NCBI GenBank assembly: GCA_963778555.1
Contig: CAVZUR010000004.1
Location: forward strand, 244,151 to 308,150
Reading direction: 5' to 3'
DNA length: 64,000 bases
Source: Candidatus Moraniibacteriota bacterium
Lineage (GTDB): Bacteria > Patescibacteriota > Minisyncoccia > Moranbacterales > UBA1568
Shown here: positions 51,199 to 62,002 of the stretch, one piece after another
How positions within the stretch are numbered: position 1 is the stretch's first letter
Layout of the letters: every line of letters begins with the position of its first letter
The notes under the pieces: model-generated
What the model was told of the DNA's origin: nothing
The model's database searches: none
The model's input: only the letters and a program-made list of their open reading frames with translations
Position numbers and translations under genes: made by a program

Positions 51199-51630
51199 AT
51201 GCGTTCCTCCATATTCATCTGCCTCTCACTCTTCACGCTGTTCTCCGCGACGTTGTTCGCGCTGCCGATCGCACCAGCTGAAGCCGCTATCATCCCGTGC
51301 GGCACTAAGGCCAATCCTGAAAAATGCACGCTCTGCCATCTCGTCGTCGGTATCAATCAGATTATCGTGCTCTTGCGGAACATCATGACCGCCATCGCTA
51401 TCGTGGTCATCGTGGCTATGGCGATTATTTACATCACCTCGGCTGGCAACGAATCACGAATGAGCTTCGCCAAGAGCGGCATTTCGGCCGCGCTCATCGG
51501 ATTTTGTATCATACTCTTGGCATGGATCGTCGTGAATTTCATTCTGACTCTGCCAATTTTCTCCAACAGCGGTTTGGTCCGAACCGGCTGGAGCACCCTC
51601 ACGTGCAACACTGCATCACAGGCCCGCTGA
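51199..51630 (+). CDS. Small secreted two-TM protein with a conjugative-pilin-like (VirB2/TrbC-like) topology
   Basis: Signal peptide MRSSIFICLSLFTLFSATLFALPIAPAEA, then a Cys cluster (CGTKANPEKCTLC), then two long hydrophobic helices. It is transcribed divergently from pilM. Confidence 0.35.
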   Translation: MRSSIFICLSLFTLFSATLFALPIAPAEAAIIPCGTKANPEKCTLCHLVVGINQIIVLLRNIMTAIAIVVIVAMAIIYITSAGNESRMSFAKSGISAALIGFCIILLAWIVVNFILTLPIFSNSGLVRTGWSTLTCNTASQAR

Positions 51631-51732
51631 CATTGGACGCCAGGCTTGGCTGAAACTACTTTCTCTGACTCCAAACCGCGCTTATTTCGCGTTGACAGCC
51701 CGTGTGAAACGCCCTACAATCGACTGTACTCT

Positions 51733-54234
51733 ATGCTCATTCCCGCTTTCGGAGAAAAGCTCTCGCTCCATGCCCGGCACGCCCTGAAAGAGGCGCGCGA
51801 TATTGCGCGTTATACACGAACAGAACAGATCGAGCCGCAGCATCTCCTCCTCGCTCTTTCGCTCGAGTCTGGCAGCCTCGGCAGCATCCTACTTGAAAAC
51901 ATTGGCTTCAAAAAAGACGCTGTCGGAAAGCTCTGCCTGAAGAAAGCGACGGGCCTGAAGAAACAGTCGAGTTCGGATTATTCTCCAGCCCTTTCGCCGC
52001 CGGTCCAAGCCATGGTCAAGCGCGCCTATTTCCTGGCGAAAGAGCACCGCTATCCGTATGTGGGGACCGAGCACCTCGTCGCCGCGCTCCTCGAGAGCGA
52101 GGACGAAGCACTGCGCTCGATCATCGAGGCGTTGGAAGTGAGCGAGGAAAAAGTCCGTGCGGCACTTGATACCAATCTGCGCTTCGAGCACTTCCCCGAA
52201 TTAGCCAAAATGTTCGACCTCCCCGACTTCTCTCTGGCTCCGGAACGGGGCGCACCGGAACGCGGATCGCACGCCAACACCTCTTTCCTCGACCAGTACA
52301 CGATTGACCTCGCCGAGCGCGGAGAAGCGGACCAGACGCGTTTTATTGGCCGCGAACCGGAGCTCGACCGCCTCACGCACATCCTGGGGAGGAAAGAGAA
52401 AAATAATGCCATCCTGATCGGCGACCCCGGCGTCGGCAAGACGGCGCTCGTCACCGCTTTGGCGCTACGCATGCGGCAAGGCCAAGCCGGACCACTCCTC
52501 TCCGGCAAGCGCGTTCTATCTCTTGATCTCGCCCTGCTCGTCGCAGGGACGAGTTTCCGAGGTGAATTCGAAAACCGGGTAAAGGAACTCATCCACGAAA
52601 CGCAGCACCGCTCCGACGTCATTCTCTTCATCGACGAGATTCACACGCTCATCGGCACAGGCAATACCCAAGGCGGTCTCGACGCAGCCAACATCCTGAA
52701 GCCGGCCTTGGCCCGCGGTGAGATCCAAGTCATCGGTGCGACGACGTTTTCCGAGTTCAAGCGACATTTCGAAAAAGACGCCGCGCTCGAACGGCGCTTC
52801 CAGCCGCTGCAACTCGCAGAGCCCTCAGCTGAAGAGACGCTCCGCATTCTGGAGCATGCACGTGCTGGCTATGAGGAATTTCACGCCCTGGCGATTGATG
52901 ATACTGCGCTCCATTCCGCTGTCGACCTCGCAGTCCGCTATATTCCCGACCGCTTTCTCCCCGACAAGGCGCTCGATCTCCTCGATGAAGCCGCATCGCT
53001 CGTTCGTCACCAGAGCGCTGGAAAAAACGGGGGGAACTTCTCGGTACTGCTCGCACTGGAACGCGAGCTTGACGAAACCGAAGAGGAAAAGGAGCGGCTC
53101 ATTGCCGAAGGCAACTATGATCAAGCCGCACGGGCGAAGAAAACCATTACGCGGATCGAAACGAGCATCAATGACCTGACGACTGATGGCTCGGCGCGTC
53201 CCCGAATCAAGCTGCCCCGCGTCACCGAAGCCGACATTCTCCGCGTTGTCTCGCGCACGACCGGCATCCCCTTCGCCCGTCTATCCGAAGACACGCCCAG
53301 CGAACGCCTCCGTCGCGTCGAACAGGCTTTGGTGAAACGTGTAATCGGCCAAGAAGAAGCCAAGGGTAAGATCCTCACGACCCTCAGGCGATCCGTTTCT
53401 GGTGTCAACGATCCCAACCGGCCGCTTGGCTCATTCTTATTTCTCGGGCCGACCGGCGTCGGCAAGACCCATCTCGCGAAGGTGCTGGCGGAAGAATTCT
53501 TCGGCGACGAGAAGGCGCTCATCCGTCTGGATATGAGCGAATTCATGGAACGCCACTCCGTCGCACAGATCATCGGCGCTCCCGCCGGCTATGTCGGCTA
53601 TGGCGATGGTGGAAAACTGACCGAAGCGATCCGCCGGCGGCCGTACGCAGTCGTCCTCTTCGACGAGATCGAAAAGGCTCATCCGGACGTCTTCAATATC
53701 CTTCTCCAGATCCTCGACGAAGGAACCCTCACCGACGCCGAAGGCCGGCGCGTTTCATTCAAGCATACCCTCGTCATTCTCACTTCGAACATCGGCACCG
53801 CGAGCTTCACCCAATCAGCCAAAGTCGGCTTCGCTGAAGCCGTCCCGGGTCGAGTGCTGCGCGCCGAATTCGAAGCGATCAAGCGCGAAGTGCTCGAAGA
53901 GTTGAAGAAAGAACTCCGCCCCGAACTTCTCGGCCGTCTCGACCGTGTCGTTGTCTTCAACGCCCTCGACCAGAAGGCGATCGAACAGATCGCGACGCTC
54001 GAACTCGAAGCGCTTCGCTCGCGTCTCGCGTCCCAAGGTATCATGATCGCGATCCCCCAATCCGTCGACCGCTGGATCGCCGCGAAAAGCTTCGCTCCCG
54101 AACAGGGTGCGCGCCTCGTCCGAAAGAATGTCCAAGAATATGTCGAATCCGTGCTTGCTGAAAAGCTCCTCGGCAAGCGCCTCCCCAAGAAACTCGCGCT
54201 TTCCATCCGCCATGACACTGTCCTCGCTCGCTGA
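51733..54234 (+). CDS. clpC: ATP-dependent Clp protease ATP-binding subunit ClpC/ClpB-type (two AAA+ modules)
   Basis: Clp_N repeats, then Walker A motif GDPGVGKTALV, then IDEIHTLIG, then a second AAA+ module with GPTGVGKTHLAK, a sensor and ClpB_D2-small. The start is taken at MLIPAFGEKLSLHARHALKEA. Confidence 0.85.
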   Translation: MLIPAFGEKLSLHARHALKEARDIARYTRTEQIEPQHLLLALSLESGSLGSILLENIGFKKDAVGKLCLKKATGLKKQSSSDYSPALSPPVQAMVKRAYFLAKEHRYPYVGTEHLVAALLESEDEALRSIIEALEVSEEKVRAALDTNLRFEHFPELAKMFDLPDFSLAPERGAPERGSHANTSFLDQYTIDLAERGEADQTRFIGREPELDRLTHILGRKEKNNAILIGDPGVGKTALVTALALRMRQGQAGPLLSGKRVLSLDLALLVAGTSFRGEFENRVKELIHETQHRSDVILFIDEIHTLIGTGNTQGGLDAANILKPALARGEIQVIGATTFSEFKRHFEKDAALERRFQPLQLAEPSAEETLRILEHARAGYEEFHALAIDDTALHSAVDLAVRYIPDRFLPDKALDLLDEAASLVRHQSAGKNGGNFSVLLALERELDETEEEKERLIAEGNYDQAARAKKTITRIETSINDLTTDGSARPRIKLPRVTEADILRVVSRTTGIPFARLSEDTPSERLRRVEQALVKRVIGQEEAKGKILTTLRRSVSGVNDPNRPLGSFLFLGPTGVGKTHLAKVLAEEFFGDEKALIRLDMSEFMERHSVAQIIGAPAGYVGYGDGGKLTEAIRRRPYAVVLFDEIEKAHPDVFNILLQILDEGTLTDAEGRRVSFKHTLVILTSNIGTASFTQSAKVGFAEAVPGRVLRAEFEAIKREVLEELKKELRPELLGRLDRVVVFNALDQKAIEQIATLELEALRSRLASQGIMIAIPQSVDRWIAAKSFAPEQGARLVRKNVQEYVESVLAEKLLGKRLPKKLALSIRHDTVLAR

Positions 54235-54950
54235 CGCCACGGAAAAGTTTCGCCGATACCTCGTCGATTTTTTCTTTCCTCTGCAGTGCTTCGGCTGTGA
54301 GACAGAGGGCGCGCTCGCGTGCTCTACCTGCCTCGCGGCGGCCTCCCGAACGCGAGTACCAAGAATGCCCTGTTTGCCGCCGACCCTATCAGAAAAATGG
54401 CGCTACGTGCCGGGAGTGCCGGAAAGCGACCGCCTTGGACGGACTCTTTATCGCCCGGCCCTATCGCCACCGCCTCCTGCAAAAACTGCTCTTCGCGCTG
54501 AAGTACCGCTTCATCGATGCCGCAGCCGATCCACTCGCGACGCTCCTCGCGGAGAGCATCGCGCATCATCCGCTTCCGCTCCCTGACTTCGTCATCCCGG
54601 TGCCGCTCCACGCCAGGCGGCTGCGCTATCGCGGTTTCAATCAGGCCGAGGTGCTGGCACGAAAACTCATGGCCCAGCTACTCCCCGGGACGCCCGTTGG
54701 TGTCCGCTCCGATCTCCTTCGCCGCGTGCGCTTCACCAAACCGCAGATGAAAACCGATTCCAAACCAGAGCGCCTCGCCAATCTCTCGGATGCTTTTGTC
54801 GCGCCGCTCGAGACCGCTGGACCGCTCGTCGGCAAGTACATCTGGCTCATTGACGATGTCGCAACCACTGGCGCCACGCTTGACGAATGTGCCCGCGCAC
54901 TGAAAAAGCCGGCGCCAAGACTGTCTGGGGTATCGTCGTCGCCCGCTGAA
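54215..54950 (+). CDS. comFC: ComF family phosphoribosyltransferase-like competence protein (frameshifted at both ends)
   Basis: N-terminal zinc finger ...CFGCETEGALACSTC... (ORF 54107..54586). Then ...LFIARPYRHRLLQKLLFALKYR...VPLHARRLRYRGFNQAEVLARKL...YIWLIDDVATTGATL (PRTase fold). The real C-terminus in the next frame reads ...AKTVWGIVVAR*. Confidence 0.7.
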
Positions 54951-54996
54951 ATTTTGAACAGACATCGAGCGACGACCAAGCTGTTACAATGAGGGC

Positions 54997-55717
54997 ATGA
55001 CGTTCCTTTCCTCATTCGGTGTCGTGTTCCTTTTCGTGGGAATCAGCTACAGCGTTTTCACGTTTCTCCGTATCCACCGATTGATACACGAGAGCGCTGT
55101 CCTCATCGAACGAGCCATGCCATATGAACAGCGCGGCAATCCCGCTGCGCCGAAAGTACTCTTCGTCGGTGACAGCACCGGCGTTGGTGTCGGTACGGAC
55201 GATGCTGCGCTTTCTGTCGCCGGTCGTTATGGCACGGAGTTTCCCGACTGGACAGTCGACAACATTGCCGTCTCCGGGAAGTAAAGCCGTCGACCTCGTC
55301 ACCGTCCTCCGAACTATCCCTGACGCCTCCTATCAGCGAGTTGTCATCCAGATCGGCGGCAACGACATCACGCAGTTTTCCTCCCTGCCACAGCTCAGGC
55401 AGACTATCGAGTCCGTCCTCTATGAAGCACATCGGATTTCCAATCGCGTCTTCCTCCTTACCTCTGGCAATGTCGCCAATGCCCCACTCATTCCTCGTCC
55501 ACTCGCCTTCCTCTGGGAACATCGCACGCGTACCGTCCGCACCCTGTTCATGACCGCATCAAAAAAGACCGGCACGACCTATGTCGATCTCTTCATCGAA
55601 AACCCCAAGGCCGATCCCTTCGCCGTCTTGCCCTATCGCTATCACGCAACTGACCTCTTCCATCCGAGCGCAGCCGGCTACGGTCTCTGGTACACCCAGC
55701 TGAAGCAAGCACTCTAG
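54997..55717 (+). CDS. SGNH/GDSL-family hydrolase (one frameshift at ~55285)
   Basis: Block I VLFVGDSTGVGVG, block III GGNDI, block V DLFHPSAAGY. These are split between ORFs 54997..55284 and 55124..55717. Confidence 0.65.
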
Positions 55718-55720
55718 CGT

Positions 55721-56419
55721 CTACTTCTTTGTCGTCCAGTTCAGCAGCCACTGGACACCATACCGATCTATAAACAAACCAATATAAATTGCCAACAGCG
55801 AACTCCCGAGGAGCCAGCCAGCCAAAACATCCGTGGGCCAATGGACACCGAGGTACAGCCGAGAAACACCAATCAGAAGAATAATGCTTCCAAACACCCC
55901 AATAACCAATGCTTTTGCCCATAGCTTCTTTGCGAAACGCCAGACAAAGTAGCCAACAAGACCATAGAACAGGGTCGCCGATGTGGTATGGCCGCTCGGA
56001 AATGAATATCCACCCCGCTCGACCCACGCATACATCTCGTCTGGACGCAGGCGCTGCACGAGCTGTTTGAAAGCCCAGTAGCCCGCTTGCCCCACAATGA
56101 TCGAGGTTATCAGAAAATAGGCCGGTCGCGTGTTCCCAAAGAATCTGAAGAGCAGCACCAACACTAATCCCAAACTGGTAATGACCCCACCGCTCCCAAG
56201 TTCGGTAATGAATCGAAAGACGGGTGCCATTTCAGGGGTGCGGTGCTGGATGACGAAATCCATCAATTGCCGATCCAGCGCGACGAGCGAGTGATTTCCG
56301 ACGATTTGATACGTGAGAAACAGAAAACCAATGAACAGGAGTCCGCTAATGCTTGCTTCCACCGTAAACAAACGATTATGCGTATGATTCTGAGAAAGTA
56401 CAGTTGTTATGTCAGACAT
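55721..56419 (-). CDS. PAP2-family membrane phosphatase
   Basis: KQLVQRLRP, YSFPSGHT and SRLYLGVHWPTDVLAG are the three PAP2 motifs. Confidence 0.8.
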   Translation of the reverse strand: MSDITTVLSQNHTHNRLFTVEASISGLLFIGFLFLTYQIVGNHSLVALDRQLMDFVIQHRTPEMAPVFRFITELGSGGVITSLGLVLVLLFRFFGNTRPAYFLITSIIVGQAGYWAFKQLVQRLRPDEMYAWVERGGYSFPSGHTTSATLFYGLVGYFVWRFAKKLWAKALVIGVFGSIILLIGVSRLYLGVHWPTDVLAGWLLGSSLLAIYIGLFIDRYGVQWLLNWTTKK

Positions 56420-56829
56420 TTTTAAGTTCTCGGGTCATCCTCGATATTATTTGCTTGATGCGGGCCACTCGGGTTAAGTACCGACCGATGGGGCCGTTGA
56501 GGGGGATTTAGCATCCTTCTCGGGGGACTCGCCGAGGCACCCGAGTCTAGGGTCTTTTTTTACCAAATGAGACTAATAAGACAGTCCTGGGCGTCTTAAA
56601 TATAAAAACGAAAAGTCCGCTGGGCGACAACCCAAACGGACTTTTCCTTTGCTCATAGTACCCGACGACTTTACAGGGTCCTCTACGCCGATTAGCGTGG
56701 AGCGAACACGATGAGGAGTATCCAGGCTCTGTTGTCGCAGAGCTTTTTCAAGCCGGATGTCACTTTCCTTCAGCAAGGGTAAGGAAAAACTATATTTTGC
56801 CCCTCATAGCTGACATCACGGTTCCGAGA

Positions 56830-57459
56830 ATCCGTCTCTCCAACCTTGCGGAAGAAGGTTGAGTTCATTTCGAAACTATTCGAGCGCGAGGAGCAGTCAA
56901 AAGTTGGGTATCAAGGCAAACATGAACCCATCATCGACAAAGAACTCTTTGAGAAAGCCCAGGAGCAGCTAAAGCGTGACAAGATCGTTCGTCAAAGTAG
57001 AGAGTTTGCCTTTACTAAACTCATGCTCTGCGGACTCTGTGGCTCAGGTATATCAGCCGAAGAAAAATACAAGCAGCTCAAAGATGGTTCGGTTGTTAAA
57101 TATATATACTACGGCTGTGGACGATCCAAAGATCGCCACTGCAAGAACCCCTATTAAGGGAAGAAGAAGTAACCGATCAGCTCATTAAAATTATGGACCA
57201 AATCGATCTTAATCAAACTGGCGTACAACATAAATTTGAGGAAGAGCTGAAGCGATATAACAAGTTCAATCGTGGTGTACTTGGGATCAGGAATCAGATC
57301 AAAGATCATCAGGAACTAGACCTTTGCACCTATGCAAAGTACATCCTGCGGGAAGGCACGAACGAAGAAAAACGAGAATTGATGGGATGTTTCAAGTCAA
57401 AAATCAGTATAATGCAGCGAGTCGTTGCTATTGAGGTGGGGCGTGGAATCAACACGTAA
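56830..57459 (+). pseudogene. Large serine recombinase, C-terminal fragment only (recombinase Zn-ribbon plus coiled coil). The catalytic N-terminal domain is absent.
   Basis: ...HEPIIDKELFEKAQEQLKRDKIVRQSREFAFTKLMLCGLCGSGISAEEKYKQLKDGSVVKYIYYGCGRSKDRHCKNPY... Then after a frameshift ...QLIKIMDQIDLNQTGVQHKFEEELKRYNKF.... There is no start codon and no resolvase domain upstream. Confidence 0.55.
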
Positions 57460-57478
57460 AAACTGGTAAAATGTCTCT

Positions 57479-58950
57479 ATGAAGCCTGAAATGACCCAAC
57501 TATTCTCTAGACAGGCTACTCTTGGTTTCTTCGAAGAAACTGGCCTTATTGATCATGTCGAACTTGCAGAAGAATTCTCAACCGAAGTTGACGGGAAAAA
57601 TCTAGCCAAAAAAAACTCCGGGTCTTATACTCCTGAGGAGATAGCTCTCCCTTTAATTCAGCAGGTATTAGATGCAGTAAAACTCAAAGGAAGAAAAGGG
57701 AAGGTTCGAATCATAGATCCTTTTTGCGGGGATGGCAGATTGATCAAATGGATGATCCCCTATCTTAAAAATCTCAAGTGTAGTTTTGAGATATATCTCT
57801 GGGATTATGATGAAGAAGCTGTATCTAGAGCCTCGTCTCAAATAAAAGATATGGGGAGAAAAGCCGGAGTCACTCTCAATCTTTATCCCAGGAAAAAAGA
57901 TTCTTTCGCTGAATTTTTCGAGGGATCGGAGAATAGCTTCGATATCGTAATAACTAATCCACCTTGGGAAGTGATAAAGCCAAGATCCAAAGATCTTGCT
58001 CATGTAGATAAAGAAAAAAAGATTCAATACATTGCAAGCCTTAAGGAATTTTCAAATCGACTCTTAAGAGATTTCCCTTTATCAAAACCCACAAAGGCAT
58101 ACGGAGGCTGGGGAGTAAATCTTGCCCGTGTTGGTACGGAACTTTCTGCACGGTTAGCTAAAAAAGGTGGAGTGATAGGTATTGTTACCCCTTCCACAAT
58201 CTTTGCTGACCAGAATTCCCATAATCTTAGAAAGTGGCTATTCGAGAATAACAATATAAAAAACATAAATGTTTATCCGGCAGAATTAAAACTGTTCACT
58301 GGAGTAGATTAACCATCCGTAAGTTTTGTTTTATTCCGAGATGATCAACAAGATCACCTAAAAATTTCAAACTATCAATCACTGACGAGGCCCACGTCAC
58401 ACGAGATAAAGGATGTGCAAAGTTTACTTAAGTCGACGGATTATATTTTTCCTGTATCGATTGCTACCAATCCGAGTCACTTAGAAATTTTGGCTACATT
58501 TTCGGAACTCTCAAAATTGTCAGATCTAGAGACTCAGCAAGGAGTATGGATGGGGCGAGAACTCGACGAGACTAACTATAAGTCGTGGCTGAGCTACACA
58601 GGTGAGTGCCGCTTTGTTAAGGGAAGAGATGTAGATCGCTTCAATTTAACTACAGCTACTGCTGTTTATATAAACAAGGAAGCTCTACCAAACGATTTGC
58701 CAATATCTATTGGATATCATCGTGTTGTATGGCGAAGACGTATGACGACCAACTCAGAAGCGCCATGTTATTGCAACCATTGTTCCGCCAGGATGCGTCA
58801 CGGGTAACTCTCTTGGAGTATTACATATTAAGAACCAGAGCGAAAGCAAGTCTATCAGCTTTGCTGGGATTAATTTCTAGTTTTGTATTCGAATTCCAGC
58901 TACGAGCTTATTTAGCAATGGAACACTATCAGCGGGGGTTATGAAAAAGG
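57479..58950 (+). CDS. N6-adenine DNA methyltransferase, gamma class (TaqI/Eco57I-like), frameshifted near 58730
   Basis: Motif I IIDPFCGDGRL, motif IV ITNPPW, then a TRD-like region ...CRFVKGRDVDRFNLT.... In another frame ...RSAMLLQPLFRQDASRVTLLEYYILRTRAKAS.... Confidence 0.65.
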
Positions 58951-59129
58951 TTCGCATCCCGATATGGAGCAATTCTTTCGTGAACCATACTTCAAAGTTA
59001 GTATCAAAAAGGATGAGTGGGATTGCTTCGAGCCGAATATCAGTTAGAGGTCGACATTGCAAAGGCCTATGGCTTAAACCGCAATGAGTTTAGTGAAATT
59101 CTCAATGCCTTCCCAAAAGTTTCGAGGAT

Positions 59130-60300
59130 GGGAAAGGGATACGCTCTTGAATAATTAACTTATGGGAAATATGCATGATCCCCAATCACTTCTCTGCAAA
59201 ATTAAGCGATCTCGATTTACGCATGGTAAGAGAGATACCACCAGGCGGAAATTGGAATAATATTCCCGTATCTGTCCCTTCTAAAAGATTGGAGCAAATT
59301 CGACAGGGTTTCGAGGAGGGAAAAGGTTAGCCGTTCAACCTATTACGGCAGACTATCGTCCAAATAAGCCTTCCTATACAATTAGTACTTACTTTAATCG
59401 TCCAGGGAATGGCTGTTTCATACACTACGATCCTAAGCAACAAAGGGTTATTAGCCAAAGAGAGGCGGCTACGTACTCCATACCTTCCCGAGATGACTTT
59501 CATACTTTACAGGATAGAATTTGAGTATCAATAAGCAGATCGGAAATGCTGGCCTCCCGTCCTTGGCTAAAATTGCAAAGAGTTTCGGAAAGCCTGGAAT
59601 CGTGGTTGACCTTTTCACTGGTGCAGGAGGCCTTTCTCTAGGATTTGAATGGTAACGGATGGCAAAATACGTTATCGCCAACGACATAGACGGCTCCTTC
59701 TTGGAAACATACAAAAACGGTAGCATCGAGCGGAGATACTGTTGTCGGAGACATTTCGGGATAAAAAAGTGTTTGAGACGATTGTGAGTAGCGCTCTCGC
59801 GGCTAGAGAAAAAATATCCGGATTTGCCCCTCCGAGCAATTGTGTCGGAACCCCACCACGTGAAGGATTCTCGACAGCGGGCAAAGGGAGAAGCATGGAG
59901 GACGAAAGAAACCACCTTTTTAAAGAACTCACCGAAAAACTTGACGCTATCCAGCCTGACGCTTTCAGTCTTATGAGAACGTCGCCGGACTGATGAATAT
60001 CGAGGGAGGAAAGGTTTTCAAGCTCGTTACTCAAACACTTAAAAAAATCCAAGGGATTAGTCTCGAAGATCTGGAAACTCCAAGCCGAGCATTTCGGCGT
60101 TCCGCAGCGTCGAACGCGAGTAGTAATTGTGGGACACCGAACCGAATACGTTATTAAGGACCTAAAAGCCTCTTACACAAGGGAAAGAGGTTTATTGCTG
60201 TGTAGCCCTGAGCGACCTACCACCTATCCAGGCTTCGGAAGATGGATCAGCAAAGACCTACTTGAAGAAGGCACAGAATAACATTCCAGCGCTTTATGCG
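59130..60300 (+). pseudogene. C5-cytosine DNA methyltransferase remnant with multiple frameshifts. Motif IX/X-like sequence precedes motifs I-VIII, so this is either a permuted enzyme or two fragments.
   Basis: ~59300-59500 reads ...YFNRPGNGCFIHYDPKQQRVISQREAA...SRDDFH (like motif X REAARLQxFPDDF). ~59560 reads VDLFTGAGGLSLGFE (motif I). ~59830 reads ...GTPPREGFSTAGK (degenerate PCQ). ENV...GL appears at ~59975. ~60080 reads ...AEHFGVPQRRTRVVIVG (motif VIII) in a shifted frame. Confidence 0.45.
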
Positions 60301-62002
60301 TGGCGAGATAAACGTTGCCAAATATTTAAAATCTATTGTCGGCTAGAAAAGAGCCAACACCGTCGTCAAGAGGCCTTTAGGCTATCGCGTGTACCTACGA
60401 AGTTGCCTTCGGGCTTATAACTTCTATTCAAGACCTTTTCAACTAATGCGACACATCCAGGGCCTAGGTCGTTTCTAAGCGCCTTGAATACGAGCTTGTC
60501 GCAGGTTTAGCGATATATCTTTCTTACTCGCATTTTCGACTTCAGCCTTCATTGTCTCTAACACTTGAAGACGTAGCAGACGCTCGATTTTCAGCTGGTG
60601 TACTTCACGAATATTTCGCTGCTCCTTAAGGCGTAATTGTTGAGCGAATCAAATGCGATACGGATCATTTCTAGCAGCCTTACTCTTGGAGTACGTATCC
60701 GCACGCTTAGTGCGAAGAATTTCCTTAAACGAAAAGTCAAGAGGATTAAACTCCGTAAATTCAATCTTTTTCTTCCGCAAGCTCGAGACTTAATAAAGTC
60801 AGCAATACTTCCGGATGACCCAGATCGTAAAGTTCCTTCAAGAGAAGGAGGAAGTAGTGCTGGTTGATGCGAAGAAGCTTGCTGAGCTTTGTCGCGCTTG
60901 TATCCGAGTCGGTCCCCTGCGCTTACAACCGTCCCATAGCGCCGTGACCTGGAAAGATGCCACTCTAGTTCCACTTGTTTCTTTTGCAATCAAGGCCTTA
61001 ACATCAGCGTACGTGAGTCGATTTCCCTTAGAGCTGTTGCAGCTCGAGCACAAGGGCTTAAACCACGGCATGTGTGTAAAGCCAAGCGAAATTGGACCAA
61101 TTATGGTCCGCGGACATGTGATCGATTACGAGCCGCATTCGGGACACGGTCCGAAGCCACCTAACGTCATAAGAAGATTTGCCGCTGCCCAGTCGCCCTC
61201 ACACCAGAATCGAAATGCCCTGCGGTCGTCGCTGTAAGTACGGAGGTTTTCGGTCGCTCGGCCGGTGTCCTGTTGATGTCGGCAACATAAATTGTAAGTA
61301 TGGAAACCATCGAGGCGGTCTGGTGCATCCGACATGGCACCTGGAACACTAAGTTCCTCCCTCGTGGCGACAAGGCACGATTTTCTCCGAAGAAGAAACC
61401 GAATATATGCCTCCTCATTCTTCTCCGTATCCACAAGCACAGGAAAGATCGACGATAGGACATCGTATGCGTTAGTGCCAATCTTCTTTACGAGCAAAAG
61501 GAAAAATCTCGTAAATCGTGAGGAAGTCCTCGTATGTAAACTGCGCGTCGTCCTCCAACGCGCGGTTAATTTTCTCAAGCGTATTCTTTGTTGGATATAC
61601 GTAGTTCAAAGACATCACACGACCGCATGTTCTCGGCATGGCTTTTCCTCGAATGGGTCTATCGCCTTTGCTACCTTTGAAATCCACTCGCCTCGAGTTA
61701 CGATCTCTACTTCCTTGGCTTTTCCTTGCCACCAAACAAGACGTCGGTCACGAAGATCCTGCCAGCGACTTTACAGGTGGTCTATTGGATGGCGCGTTCC
61801 AACCAATCCGCCCTTGATCGTCTATGGGAGTCGGGCATCCCTTTAAAATTGGGGTGCTGAAATTTCTTCATATAGCCAACAAACTTCTTTTCCAGGAGCG
61901 TGACGTTGATCGCCCGTATTTCACATTAAGATTACAGGGGCGTCTTGATACCAATAAATCATACAGCTGTGTATGACGGTTTTATTATTTTTCAATGTAT
62001 CT

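Larger units (their letters stand above)
56800..62000. mobile_element. AT-rich putative integrated element remnant. It contains a serine-recombinase fragment and decayed DNA-methyltransferase genes, and it is bounded by tRNA-Ser and a tRNA-like element.
   Basis: There is a clear compositional drop (visibly A/T-richer codons) relative to the flanks. All genes here are fragmentary, with a recombinase at one end and tRNA at the other. Confidence 0.5.
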
